A DNA stretch of 64,000 bases from Gemmatimonadales bacterium (GTDB taxonomy: Bacteria; Gemmatimonadota; Gemmatimonadetes; Gemmatimonadales; GWC2-71-9): assembly GCA_036006525.1 (NCBI GenBank), contig DASYPP010000009.1:37098-101097 (forward strand). Direction: 5' to 3'. Position numbers and translations under genes: made by a program. Shown one piece after another: positions 30,842 to 41,100 of this stretch. The first letter of the stretch is position 1, and each line of letters begins with the position of its first letter. Below the pieces are notes generated by a model. The model made no database searches and was not told the origin of the DNA. It saw only the letters and a program-made list of their open reading frames with translations.

Positions 30842-31189
30842 ACCCACCGGCGTAGCGTTCCCGTGAAACAGGTAACAGCTCTGGGGGACGATGGGCGCGT
30901 GGCTGATCGTGGCCGACCACCCGGCCGCCGTCGCTTCATTGATGACCAGGACGTTCCCCGCGGTCAGGGTGACGTTGAGGGCGACCTGGTCGACGCTGTA
31001 GGTCGCATTGGTGTAGTAATAGCCTTCTTCGGCGTTGGCGAGGTTGCGCAGGTCGGACTGCATCGAGGCCAGGATGGCCTTTTCCTTGTTGCGGGTAAGC
31101 CGGGGGATCGCGAAGACCGTCAACAGCCCGATGATCACGACCACGGTCAGCAGCTCGATGAACGTCACGCCGCGCGAATTCCGCACCAC
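30806..31189 (-). CDS. type IV pilin-like protein (prepilin N-terminal cleavage/methylation domain)
   Basis: RG|VTFIELLTVVVIIGLLTVFAIP class III signal with Glu at +5. C-terminal Cys pair (QSC...ADCS) for the pilin D-region. GGAGGG SD before tandem GTG codons at 31189/31186; the track start 31240 gives an atypically long leader. Confidence 0.75.
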   Translation of the reverse strand: MVRNSRGVTFIELLTVVVIIGLLTVFAIPRLTRNKEKAILASMQSDLRNLANAEEGYYYTNATYSVDQVALNVTLTAGNVLVINEATAAGWSATISHAPIVPQSCYLFHGNATPVGSATVEGLADCS

Positions 31190-31236
31190 TCGCCCTCCAT
31201 CGATTGACCCGGGTTGGACCTGGCAGGATACAGATT

Positions 31237-34038
31237 TCAATGCTTGGCGTCCAGCCAGTTGGATCCGGTACCTATGTCCACGACCAGGGGAACCTTCAGG
31301 CTGACCGCGGTCGTCATGTGGTGCCGCACGAGATCGGCCAGCCGGTCGCGTTCTTCGGGCGGCGTCTCGAAGACGAGTTCATCGTGCACCTGCAGCAACA
31401 TGCGCGACTCCAGCCGCTCGGCCGCCAGGGCGTCGTGGATCCGGCGCATCGCGATCTTGATGAGATCGGCGGCCGAGCCCTGGACCGGCGAGTTGGCGGC
31501 CGTGCGCTCCCCGAAAGAGCGGATATTGAAGCTCCGGTCCCGGATCTCCGGAATGTAACGCCGGCGGCCGAAGATGGTCTCGACGTACCCCCGGTCCCTT
31601 GCCAGCTGGACCATGCGGTCGAGATAGGCCCGCACCCCGGCGAACCGCGTGAAATACTGGGAGATGAACGCCTTGGCCTCATCCTGGCTGATTCCCAGCT
31701 GGCGGGCCAGGGCAAACGGACCCTGGCCGTAGATCGTCGCGAAGTTGATAGTCTTGGCGCGGGCCCGCATGTCGGGGCTGACCTGGTCGACTGGAACATC
31801 GAAGATGATCGCAGCCGTCTGGCGATGAATGTCGCCTCCCTGCTGGAAGGCGTGGATGAATGCCGTGTCCTCGGCGAGATGGGCAATCAACCGGAGCTCG
31901 ACCTGGGAATAGTCGGCGACCAGGAACTGCCAGCCGGGCGCAGGCACGAAGCCGCGGCGAATCTCCTCTCCCCGAGCGGTCCGCACCGGGATGTTCTGGA
32001 GATTGGGCTCCGAAGAAGAAAGCCGGCCCGTGGCCGCCCCGGCCTGGTTGTACCGGGTGTGAATCCGGCCGGTGCGCGGGTTCACCCGCTGCGGCAGAAC
32101 GTCGACGTATGTGGAGCGCAGCTTTTCCAGCTCGCGGTATTCCATGATCAGGCGGGGCACTTCATGGCCCAGTTCCGCGAGCTGCTCCAGGACGTCCGCG
32201 TCGGTCGAAGGTCCGGTCTTGGTCTTCTTGAGAATCGGCAACTGGAGCTTATCGAACAGGAGTTGGGCCAGTTGGCGGGGAGAGTTCAGGTTGAGATCGG
32301 TGCCGGAAGCCTGAGCGATACGCGATTCCAGCGAGCGGAGGTCGCTGGTAAGCTGGCGGGAAAGCTGGGTGAAGACGGCAGGATCGACCGCGACCCCGGT
32401 CCACTCCATGTCGGCCAGCACCCTTACCAGCGGCAGCTCGATATCATGCAGCAGCGGTTCCAAAGCCTGACTCTTGAGCGGCTCGGCGAAGAGCCGCTCC
32501 AACGTCAGCACCGTGGTGGTTCCTGCGGAGCCCCACGCGGCGGCGTCGGCAAGGGCAACCTCCTCGAAGGGAATCTGGGCTTTCCCCTTGCCCACCAGGT
32601 CCGCGAACCCCTTGAGCGGACGACCCAGGTGTTCGAGACTCAGCGTCTCCAGGGCATGAGAGCGGCGGCCGGGATCCAGTACGAAACTGGCAAGCATCGA
32701 GTCGTACACCACCCCGGCCAGGTGGACTCCCTCCTGGCGCAGGGTCTGCAAGTCGTCCTTGATGTCGTGACCCGCCTTGGGAACCGAGGGATCTTCCAAT
32801 AGGGCGCGGAGCGGCGCCATGGCGGGATCGGACAGGCCGGGAAGATTCTTGACCGCCTCGGTCTCCATGAGGCCGCCCGAAGATCGATGGCCGAAAGGCA
32901 GATACCACCGTTCCTGTTCGCCGGCCGCGATCGCCAGTCCCACCAGACGACTATCACGCGGATCACCGCCGCTGGAGACACTATCAAGCGCCACCAGGCG
33001 CGCGGCGCGCAGTCCTGCGACTATCCCGGACAGCTCGGCAGAATCCGAGACGATGGTAACGGCCGTCGCAGGCGCCGGCGTCGACGGTTGAACCGGCGCG
33101 CCGGGGACCACCGACACTGGCAGAATCGGCTGCGAAGCATTCTGCAGCCCGAGCCGGCTGGCCAGGGCAAAGAACTCCAGTTCGGCCAGGACTCGGCCCA
33201 GCGCCTCGCGATCGGGCTCTCTCTCCTGGAGCAGGTCGAAGGCCACGTCAATGGGGACATCACGCCGGATGGTGACCAGTCGACGAGAGAGCAGGGCCTG
33301 CTCGGACTGCGACAACAGCGCCTCGCGGCTCCGCTTCGCTTTCACTTCCGAGGCGCGGGCCAGCAGGGTGTCGAGGTCGCGATACTCCGTGAGCAGGGCG
33401 ACCGCCCCCTTTTCTCCGATGCCCTTGACGCCAGGAATGTTATCGGAGCTGTCACCGACCAGCGCGAGGTAGTCCACCACCTGGCCCGGCATCACGCCGA
33501 GCCGCTCCGTGGCATTGGTGAGATCAATCCATTGTTCCTCGACCTGAGCGGACCCTCCCCGACCCGGGTTCAGGATGGAGACCCCGGGCCGGATGAGCTG
33601 ATAGAAATCCTTGTCGGCCGACACGATGACCGCGTGGAAGCCGCGTTCGACGGCCTGGTCCGCCAGGGTTCCGATGACGTCATCGGCCTCATACCCGTCA
33701 AGGGAGACAAGAGGAATCCGAAATGCTTCGAGCAATTGGCCGATGCGTTCCACGCCACGGTTGAAGTCAACCTGGAGCTCTTCGTCCAACTTGGTGCGGG
33801 TGGACTTGTACTCGGGATACACCTCGGTCCGAAAGGAATCTCCCGCATCGTTGATCCAGGCGAGGTAATCCGGCCGGTATTTCTCCCGAAGGCGTACGAG
33901 GAAGTTGGCCACGCCCAGGGCGGCGGACGTGTTTTCACCTTTGCTGGTCCGAAGCGGGCGCGCCATCATGGCGTAAAACGCCCGATAGATCAGGCCATAG
34001 CCATCTACGAGGAATAGCTGGGGAGGGCTGTGAGGCAT
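31237..34038 (-). CDS. polA: DNA polymerase I
   Basis: 5' nuclease (LFLVDGYGLIYRAFYA), 3'-5' exonuclease and polymerase domains (ADYSQVELR, QVHDELVFE). The ATG at 34038 aligns with other PolI N-termini; the upstream TTG extension to 34092 merely translates a repeat. Confidence 0.95.
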   Translation of the reverse strand: MPHSPPQLFLVDGYGLIYRAFYAMMARPLRTSKGENTSAALGVANFLVRLREKYRPDYLAWINDAGDSFRTEVYPEYKSTRTKLDEELQVDFNRGVERIGQLLEAFRIPLVSLDGYEADDVIGTLADQAVERGFHAVIVSADKDFYQLIRPGVSILNPGRGGSAQVEEQWIDLTNATERLGVMPGQVVDYLALVGDSSDNIPGVKGIGEKGAVALLTEYRDLDTLLARASEVKAKRSREALLSQSEQALLSRRLVTIRRDVPIDVAFDLLQEREPDREALGRVLAELEFFALASRLGLQNASQPILPVSVVPGAPVQPSTPAPATAVTIVSDSAELSGIVAGLRAARLVALDSVSSGGDPRDSRLVGLAIAAGEQERWYLPFGHRSSGGLMETEAVKNLPGLSDPAMAPLRALLEDPSVPKAGHDIKDDLQTLRQEGVHLAGVVYDSMLASFVLDPGRRSHALETLSLEHLGRPLKGFADLVGKGKAQIPFEEVALADAAAWGSAGTTTVLTLERLFAEPLKSQALEPLLHDIELPLVRVLADMEWTGVAVDPAVFTQLSRQLTSDLRSLESRIAQASGTDLNLNSPRQLAQLLFDKLQLPILKKTKTGPSTDADVLEQLAELGHEVPRLIMEYRELEKLRSTYVDVLPQRVNPRTGRIHTRYNQAGAATGRLSSSEPNLQNIPVRTARGEEIRRGFVPAPGWQFLVADYSQVELRLIAHLAEDTAFIHAFQQGGDIHRQTAAIIFDVPVDQVSPDMRARAKTINFATIYGQGPFALARQLGISQDEAKAFISQYFTRFAGVRAYLDRMVQLARDRGYVETIFGRRRYIPEIRDRSFNIRSFGERTAANSPVQGSAADLIKIAMRRIHDALAAERLESRMLLQVHDELVFETPPEERDRLADLVRHHMTTAVSLKVPLVVDIGTGSNWLDAKH

Positions 34039-34043
34039 CAAGA

Positions 34044-34125
34044 ATTGAAGATTGAAGATTGAAGATTGAGGATTGAAACTAACTGGTTGCAATCCTCAAT
34101 CTTCAATCCTCGTCCTTCAATTTGG
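34044..34125. repeat. AT-rich heptamer-repeat palindrome (tandem ATTGAAG units and their inverted copies)
   Basis: ATTGAAG x3, ATTGAGG and ATTGAAA at 34044..34078. Mirrored CAATCCT/CAATCTT/CAATCCT units at 34090..34110. Perfect 19-bp inverted arms 34057..34075 / 34090..34108 with a 14-nt loop. Confidence 0.9.
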
Positions 34126-34128
34126 GAA

Positions 34129-35469
34129 TCAGTGGCCTTGCCTGCGGTGCCGATCTACCACCCGGTCAAATTCGGCCCGGGAGCTGGTTGTGAGGCGGAA
34201 TCGGCCGAACCCGGTCTCGTCCAGAAAGGTGAGCTGGAGCCGGTCCTGCACGTACACCCAGCGAATGATGCGGCCCTGGCTCAGCGGGCTGGAGTCATAG
34301 ACCTCGTCGGGCTCGCCCAGCATGATATAGACCTCGCCCCGGTCGGTCCGCCAGCCGGGCGTTCCCTCGTCGCGAAAGCGGACGTTGGCGATGGCCAGCC
34401 GCTGGAAATACTGATCCAGGGCCTCGTTTTCCGGGGTGGTCGGAATCGGATCGGTCGCGACATAGAAGGCGCGCCACAGGCGGGACCGGTCTGACGGAGG
34501 TGCCTTGCGGAGGGAATCGAGCTGGTCCTGGTATCCGAAATAGCGGAGCAGGATGACCATCTCCTCGTAGTTGGTCACCACCCAGGCCGTCGACAGTGAC
34601 ACAATGGCCGATGCTTTCTTGCTGGCGGCCCCGCTCCCCACTGTCAGCCGGAGCTCGCCCAGGGGCGCGCTGTCGGGCGTCAGGCGAATGACCTGCCCTT
34701 CAACGTCCTGGTTCCCCGTGAAACGCAGTGAGTCCTGGTAGACGATGCTGTCTGTCGCATCCTGGATCTCGAAGGGAACCGCAGTCGGTCCGCTGAAATG
34801 GTATCCCTCGATGTAGGCCAGAAGGGTGTCGCTTCCGTAGGCGACGGTTCCCCTCGGGTTGAGCACCAGGTTGAGAGCATCCGACTGGTGAGCCCGGCCG
34901 GTTACCTCGTACGCCACGAGCGGCGCGCTGAAACTGTTGGCGGGGAAGCTGGGAACCTCGACCGAGCTTTCCGCCCGGCTCTGCTCCGACGATCCGCGAT
35001 CCTTGATCGCTACCGATACCTTGTAACTGCCCGGCAACAAGTGGAACACCTGCTGGAACAGGACGCTCTCTTCGTTCCGCATGGTCTCGCGGAACGAGGC
35101 GACCTGCACGACCTCATCCCGGCTCACCGTGATCGCGGGGCCGCCGCTCGGCTCAAAGCGGATGTCGATGTGGTAGCGGGCGACAAAACGGTTGTCTTCC
35201 CGCTGGAACGAGAAAACCCGGTTTTCAAAGGAGAGCCCCAGCATCACGATGGAAGAGTCTCCGGGCCCCGCCGCGTAGACCAGGTTGCCAATGAACGGGA
35301 CAGGGGCGGGCGCTACCAGCCGGCCCAGCTGGCGGTAAACCGCGCCCATATCGAGGACCCCGGCAATCTCATTCTCCGGCGTGGTGCCGGTGCTTGACCC
35401 GACCCGTTGCCAGCTGCCGCAGGCAGCCAACACCAAGCCCGCGAAAACGACACCCGCATGCCGACCCAT
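34129..35469 (-). CDS. GWxTD domain-containing lipoprotein
   Basis: C-terminal PGWRTDRGEVYIMLGEPDEVY matches the GWxTD signature. Lipobox LVLAAC after the ATG at 35469; the track ORF extends to 35565. Confidence 0.75.
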   Translation of the reverse strand: MGRHAGVVFAGLVLAACGSWQRVGSSTGTTPENEIAGVLDMGAVYRQLGRLVAPAPVPFIGNLVYAAGPGDSSIVMLGLSFENRVFSFQREDNRFVARYHIDIRFEPSGGPAITVSRDEVVQVASFRETMRNEESVLFQQVFHLLPGSYKVSVAIKDRGSSEQSRAESSVEVPSFPANSFSAPLVAYEVTGRAHQSDALNLVLNPRGTVAYGSDTLLAYIEGYHFSGPTAVPFEIQDATDSIVYQDSLRFTGNQDVEGQVIRLTPDSAPLGELRLTVGSGAASKKASAIVSLSTAWVVTNYEEMVILLRYFGYQDQLDSLRKAPPSDRSRLWRAFYVATDPIPTTPENEALDQYFQRLAIANVRFRDEGTPGWRTDRGEVYIMLGEPDEVYDSSPLSQGRIIRWVYVQDRLQLTFLDETGFGRFRLTTSSRAEFDRVVDRHRRQGH

Positions 35470-35594
35470 CACATGTCCCCCGATCACCCGTTTGACAGCG
35501 TGTTCCATTGCGGCGAAGGTTACCGTCCCCGACTTCGAAGCGTCAAGTCGAACGTCTTGCTGCATCGTCAGATAGCGAGTACCTTGCCACGCTT

Positions 35595-36494
35595 ATGTCG
35601 CAAGAGAATCTGGCCGGCCGAAACGTCGCGGGCTATCGCCTTCTCCACCACGTTGGAGAGGGTGGAACCGCCGCGGTCTACCGCGCGGAGCACCCCGAAA
35701 AAGGGGTCGCCGCCATCAAGGTCCTGCGAGCCCGAATGGGCCAGGACCCGGTTGCCGTCAAGCGATTCCTGCGCGAAGCCGAGTACGGTTCCCGGGTCAA
35801 TCATCCCAATATCGTCCAAACGTATGCCTTCGGCGAGGAAGAGGGATTGTATTACCTCGCCCTCGAGTGGGCCGATGGCGAGCCGCTCGCCACTTTCGCC
35901 ACCCGCTCGGGCCAATTGGCTCCCGACCTGGTCGCCACTATCATCGAGCAACTGGGCGCGGCGCTCAGTGCCGCCCATCACGAGGGCATTATTCACCGGG
36001 ACTTGAAGCCGGCGAACATCATGTACAACCCGGCCAACAAGATGCTCAAGCTGCTCGACTTCGGCATCGCCCGTGACTCGGAGCTGGTCGCCGAGGAGCG
36101 GCTCACCCGCACCGGGTTTTTCGTGGGTACCCTGCAGTACGTGGCTCCGGAAGCGCTGAGCGGCGAGCTGGTTAACGAACAGGCCGATGTCTACAGCCTC
36201 GCCACGATCACCTACTACCTTTTGGCCGGGACGCTGCCCTATAACGGGCGATCGCCGCGGGAACTCTTTCAGCAGTTGCTGTCGCAACCACCAATTCCGC
36301 TCAACCAGGCCAAGAAGGGTCTTCGCTTCCCCCAGGAGGTCGAGGAAGCCGTAATGAGAGGCTTGGAACGAGACCGGGAGAAGCGTTGCAAGACGGTGGA
36401 CGAATTTGTCGCCGGTGTGACCACGGCAATTCGATCCGAGGGTGGAAAGAAGGGAGGGCTTCTGTCGGGGCTTTTCCGCCGCAAACCCGGGTAA
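35595..36494 (+). CDS. Hanks-type serine/threonine protein kinase (kinase domain only, no TM segment)
   Basis: GEGGTAAVY glycine loop, AIK lysine, IHRDLKPANIM catalytic loop, DFGIA and APE motifs. ATG at 35595. Confidence 0.85.
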   Translation: MSQENLAGRNVAGYRLLHHVGEGGTAAVYRAEHPEKGVAAIKVLRARMGQDPVAVKRFLREAEYGSRVNHPNIVQTYAFGEEEGLYYLALEWADGEPLATFATRSGQLAPDLVATIIEQLGAALSAAHHEGIIHRDLKPANIMYNPANKMLKLLDFGIARDSELVAEERLTRTGFFVGTLQYVAPEALSGELVNEQADVYSLATITYYLLAGTLPYNGRSPRELFQQLLSQPPIPLNQAKKGLRFPQEVEEAVMRGLERDREKRCKTVDEFVAGVTTAIRSEGGKKGGLLSGLFRRKPG

Positions 36495-36496
36495 TC

Positions 36497-37045
36497 GTGT
36501 CCGCTTCAGATCTGCGCCAGCTACTGCTCGACCGGTCGGTACGGCGCGGGGATTTTGTTCTCGCCTCCGGTGCCCGCTCCTCCTATTACATCGATGCCCG
36601 GCTTACTACCATGTCCGCCCAGGGCCTGGTCCTGATCGGACGGCTTGGCCTCACGGCAATCCGGGACACCGGGTGGGAACCGGCCGCGGTGGGAGGCCTG
36701 ACCATGGGCGCCGACCCGGTCGCGTACGCGATCGCCGCGGCCAGTGTAGCGGCGGGTCGCCTTATCGAGGCATTCAGCGTGCGCAAGGCGCCCAAGGACC
36801 ACGGCACCGGTCGAAGGATCGAAGGGAATTTTCGCGGGGGCGATTCCGTAGTGGTCGTCGAGGATGTGATTACCTCGGGTGGCTCCGCCCGACAGGCCAT
36901 CCAGGCTGTCGAAGCCGAGGGCGGCAAGGTCCTCGGCATCCTGGCGGTGGTGGACCGGGAAGAGGGCGGCCGCCAGTCACTGGAGCAGGCGGGCTACCCG
37001 GTGCGAACCCTCACGACCGCAGGTGAGTTGGGACTCAGGGAATAG
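36497..37045 (+). CDS. pyrE: orotate phosphoribosyltransferase
   Basis: FVLASGARSSYYIDAR and PRPP-binding VVVVEDVITSGGS motifs. GTG at 36497 lies 2 nt after the kinase stop. Confidence 0.85.
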   Translation: MSASDLRQLLLDRSVRRGDFVLASGARSSYYIDARLTTMSAQGLVLIGRLGLTAIRDTGWEPAAVGGLTMGADPVAYAIAAASVAAGRLIEAFSVRKAPKDHGTGRRIEGNFRGGDSVVVVEDVITSGGSARQAIQAVEAEGGKVLGILAVVDREEGGRQSLEQAGYPVRTLTTAGELGLRE

Positions 37046-37940
37046 GGGTCCCCCCGACCGGAAAACGCTGCGCCGTGTCCGTCGTCCCATTCCCTGCTGC
37101 CAGGGGATGAAAACTCCGCAGCGCCTCCCGATACGGGGTGACCATTATTCCCAGGAACCGATCCAGCGCCGCCGCCAGCGGGAGCCGGCGACGGAACTCG
37201 GAAGAGGTAATGCCCAACAGCGCGCGCACGTGGCGTCCAAAGCTTTGGGGCGAAGAGTACTCCAACCGATACGCGACGTCCGCAACCGAGAGACCCTGCC
37301 CTTCGAACAGCGCCGCCGCATGAAGCAGCCGGATCATGGCGAGGTAGCTCTTGGGAGACGGAAGCCCGGCCCGCTGGAAGCGCGACATCAGGGTACTGGG
37401 CCGCACATGCAGCCGCACCGCCAGCCGCCGGACCGTCACGGTCTCCGGCGCCAGCCGGATCATGACCTCAAAGAACAACCGGGTGTCTGCCGGGACCTCC
37501 CCCAAAACGTCAAATAGAGGGCCCTGAATGCGGGCCGAGGATCGGCTGGCGGGGCCGGAAACCAGTTCCCGCAGCCGTTGCCATCCGCTGGGGGCGGTTA
37601 CGTCCACCACCTGCCGGATCCCGGTGGCTCCCAGATTGAGCAACGCCTGGCTCGCTTCGGGATCGTGCCGGGAGACCAGGGCGACCGTCGGGATTTCGGG
37701 AAAATCGCGCACCAGGTGCTCGACCGCGTCGATCTGGGCGGTGGGACAGCGGTGCACCGAAAGAATGACAGCATCCACTGCCCGTTCTCGTACTACCCTT
37801 ATGGCCTCCGGTATTGAGTCCCGGTGGACGACCGCGAAACATCCGTTGCCGGCAGCGTCTACCCGGGGACGCTCGTCGGGTTGCAGGACCGTGGCCACGG
37901 TGTGGGCCAGCGGGCCAGGCTGGAATTCGACCTTCTGCAT
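37035..37940 (-). CDS. AraC-family transcriptional regulator with degenerate receiver-like N-terminal domain
   Basis: C-terminal AraC HTH (SVADVAYRLEYSSPQSFGRHVRALLGITSSEFRR). The N-terminal alpha/beta segment resembles a receiver, but AVILSVH stands where DLVLLD is expected. ATG 37940 or TTG 37967. Confidence 0.7.
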   Translation of the reverse strand: MQKVEFQPGPLAHTVATVLQPDERPRVDAAGNGCFAVVHRDSIPEAIRVVRERAVDAVILSVHRCPTAQIDAVEHLVRDFPEIPTVALVSRHDPEASQALLNLGATGIRQVVDVTAPSGWQRLRELVSGPASRSSARIQGPLFDVLGEVPADTRLFFEVMIRLAPETVTVRRLAVRLHVRPSTLMSRFQRAGLPSPKSYLAMIRLLHAAALFEGQGLSVADVAYRLEYSSPQSFGRHVRALLGITSSEFRRRLPLAAALDRFLGIMVTPYREALRSFHPLAAGNGTTDTAQRFPVGGTPIP

Positions 37941-38181
37941 TGGCCGGCTTTCGAGGAGACGAGCCAACGGTAGTCCGGCACCGTCAACGCTGGCTCAAAC
38001 CACCAGCTGTGCGGGAAGTCGCGGACTGGATTGTTCTTAGGCAACCTTTTGAACGACTATCGCATCTATGGGAGGACCACTTTCGGCTCACTCCCCAAGC
38101 CTGAACCGCCCATATAGACTTGAATCGACCCCGGTAGCCCCGGCGGAGCCCCATGCACTGCGTCCCACTCGGATTGGTGCG

Positions 38182-41100
38182 ATGACCATAGAAGCCGATG
38201 AGCTGGTAGCCAGGCTTCAGGCCGCGCTCGGCACCCACTACCGGATTGAACGGGAGTTGGGCCGAGGGGGCATGGGCATGGTCTTCCTCGCCACCGACAC
38301 GACCCTGGATCGCCCGGTCGCGGTGAAGGTCATGCACCCCGACCTCTCGGTGCACGGCTCCATCATCCAGCGTTTCCTGGCTGAAGCCAGAATGATCGCG
38401 AAGCTTCGCCATCCCAATATCGTTGCCGTCCACGCCGCCGGTGAAGCCACCGGAATTTTCTACTACGTCATGGATCACGTGCCCGGCGACAGCCTCCGGG
38501 AACGATTGAACCGGGTCGGGAAACTCGGGCCCGATGAAGCCGGGCGCATCATGGCCGACATGGCCGAAGCTCTGGCCGCCGCGGGCCGGGCGGGCCTGGT
38601 GCACCGGGACATCAAGCCGGAAAACATCCTGCTCGACGAAGCGACCGGGCGGGCACTGCTGGCCGATTTCGGTATCGCGCGGGTAGCCGCAGCGGAAACT
38701 TCACTTCAGCTGACCGGGCAGGGTATCGCGGTCGGTACCCCGACGTACATGAGCCCGGAGCAGGCGGCCGGCGAAACGGTGGATACCCGGAGCGATCTCT
38801 ACGGGCTGGGGATCGTGGGCTACGAGATGCTGGCGGGTCATCCTCCATTCCGCGGTGCAAATGGGGCCGCGGTCATTTCGATGCAACTCTCGGAAAAACC
38901 GGTTCCGATCGACCGGATCCGCCCGGAAACTCCGGCGGCCCTGGTCATCGCGGTCATGCGAGCGCTGGAGAAATCGCCGGACCGGCGCTGGCAGACCGGC
39001 ACCGAGATGAGTCGTGCCCTCCGCGGGGACCCGGGCCGGCGGCTTCACAGCCGGCGCAAGCTCATGCCGATGCTGATCGGGGCTGGCGCCCTGGTGTTGA
39101 CCCTGGCGGGCGTGGCGCTGGCGCTCACCAGTGGCAACGGCCCGCCCGACGGTATCAACCCCCGGCATTCGATCCTGATCCTGCCGTTCGACAATTTGCG
39201 GGAGGACCAGGCCGTCGATTGGTTGCGCGAGGGCAGCGTCAACATGCTCTCACTCAACATGTCCCAATGGGACGACTTGTCGGTGGTCGATCACGAACGG
39301 CTGCACGACCTGCTGGGCCACCACAAGCTGGCGGTTGACGCTCCGATTGGCCTCGAGATGGCCCGCCAACTGGCCCGTGATGCGGGAGTCTGGACCGTCG
39401 TCCTGGGCGACTACACCCGGTCCGGAGATTCTCTCCACCTCTCGGCCCGAGTCTACGACGTGGCTTCCGGTGAGCGAATCGACGTGGCGCAGGTGAACGG
39501 AGTAAGCGGCGAGGATCCCCGTCCCCTGTATGACGAGTTGGCGGCCCGGCTGCTCGACCTCTCGGGTGCTCCGGGAGCCGCCCGCGCCAACCTGTCCGCG
39601 CTGACCACTCGATCGCTGGAGGCGTACCGCGCCTACCTTCGAGGTATCGACCTGCTGAACCAGTGGGAGCTGACCAGCGCGGAGCAGGAATTCCGTCATG
39701 CCCTGGATGAAGACAGCACGTTCGGGCTGGCCTATTACAAGCTGGCGCTCACCCGGGGTTGGCTGGTCGGCGCGAACGACAGTTTGAGCTTCCAGGCCAT
39801 CGGAGCGGCCACTCGATTCTCCGGCGGCCTGCCCCAGCATGAACGCACAGTGATCAACGCGTATCGCGCCTTCCTGAACGGCGATTACGTCACTTCGCAG
39901 TCGCTCTATCGCTCGCTCCTGGCGCGCGATTCCAACGACGCCGATGCCTGGTATGGCCTGGGCGACGCGCTGTTCCATGACACCAGCAGCGTCAACGTCG
40001 CGGCCAACAAGACCACTTCGCTGCGATCCTTCAATCGCACCCTGGCGCTCGACCCGGCCTATACGCTGGCCTACGAACACATCATGAACATGCTGACGGA
40101 GGCGTCGAACGAGCGTCCGTTCCTGGCACTGGTATCGCGAGACTCCTTCCGACTCGCCACGTCAAAAACCGGTCAGCCCATTCTCGATAGCGCGCGGGTC
40201 AGACAGGCGGTCGCCCTGGCTCGCTCCGAGGCACTGGCGGCGGGGCACCAGTGGGTCACCAATCAGCCGGATGCGATCCGGGCCCATACCAACCTGATCG
40301 AAGTGATGATCGCCAGCCGGGATTTCAACGGCGCTCTGGCGGAGTTGCAGCGGACCCGGACGATGCCGGCCGGGGTGAACCGCCCCGATCTGGTCTTCAC
40401 CGAGGGCAGGATCCGGTTTGCGTCGGGCGATATCGACGGCGCGGTAGATGCCTTCCGGCATGCGATGGACACGTTGGAGGCGGGGGACTTCTCGCTCGCC
40501 CCGGCCTTGAGCTATGTCGAGGTGAACACCGCGGCGGGCGTGTTTTCCTATATAGGCGATCTCGACGGGGCGACCCGGGCGATCGAACTGGGCGACTCGG
40601 TGCGCCGACTGATCCGGCCCGGCATGATCGACGAACGCTCCTACGAGCATTTTCAGCGGGTGGCGCTGGGAATGCTCTATGCCGGTTCCGGCGGGCCGGT
40701 GCCCGAGCTGCGCCGCCTGTGGGAGAGCGCCGCCGAGGAGGCGCGGACCGCCCCGCAATCGCGGCGGCCTGACTTGGCGCGGTCCGGCACGCCGGCGGCG
40801 GTCGGCCTGTTTGGCGAAGGCGACACCACCGCACTCACCGAGCTGAAAGCACTGACGCGGGAGCCGCTGCCCAAGGAATTCCGGGCGCTCATCGCGGTCA
40901 AGCGCGGCGAGTCGGCCGAGGCGCGGCGAATTCTCGGTGAGCAGGATTCACCGGAGATGCGGGCCGGATGGAGCGGCGACATCAGCGACCGGCGTCCGTA
41001 CGAGGCCCAAGCCTGGTATCTCCTAGGCGACTATCAGCGGGCGATCGACATCCTGGACGGATTCGATCCCGAGCACCTGTACAAGCGAGGCTTCGACTAT

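Noticed and set aside
30855-30870. parS-like GCGTTCCCGTGAAACA within the pilin gene.
   Set aside because: It matches 12 of 16 positions and only the right half-site is intact, so it is probably chance.
34039-34092. TTG-initiated 18-codon extension of polA (MQPVSFNPQSSIFNLQFL).
   Set aside because: It is just the translation of the heptamer repeat. The PolI alignment begins at the ATG at 34038.
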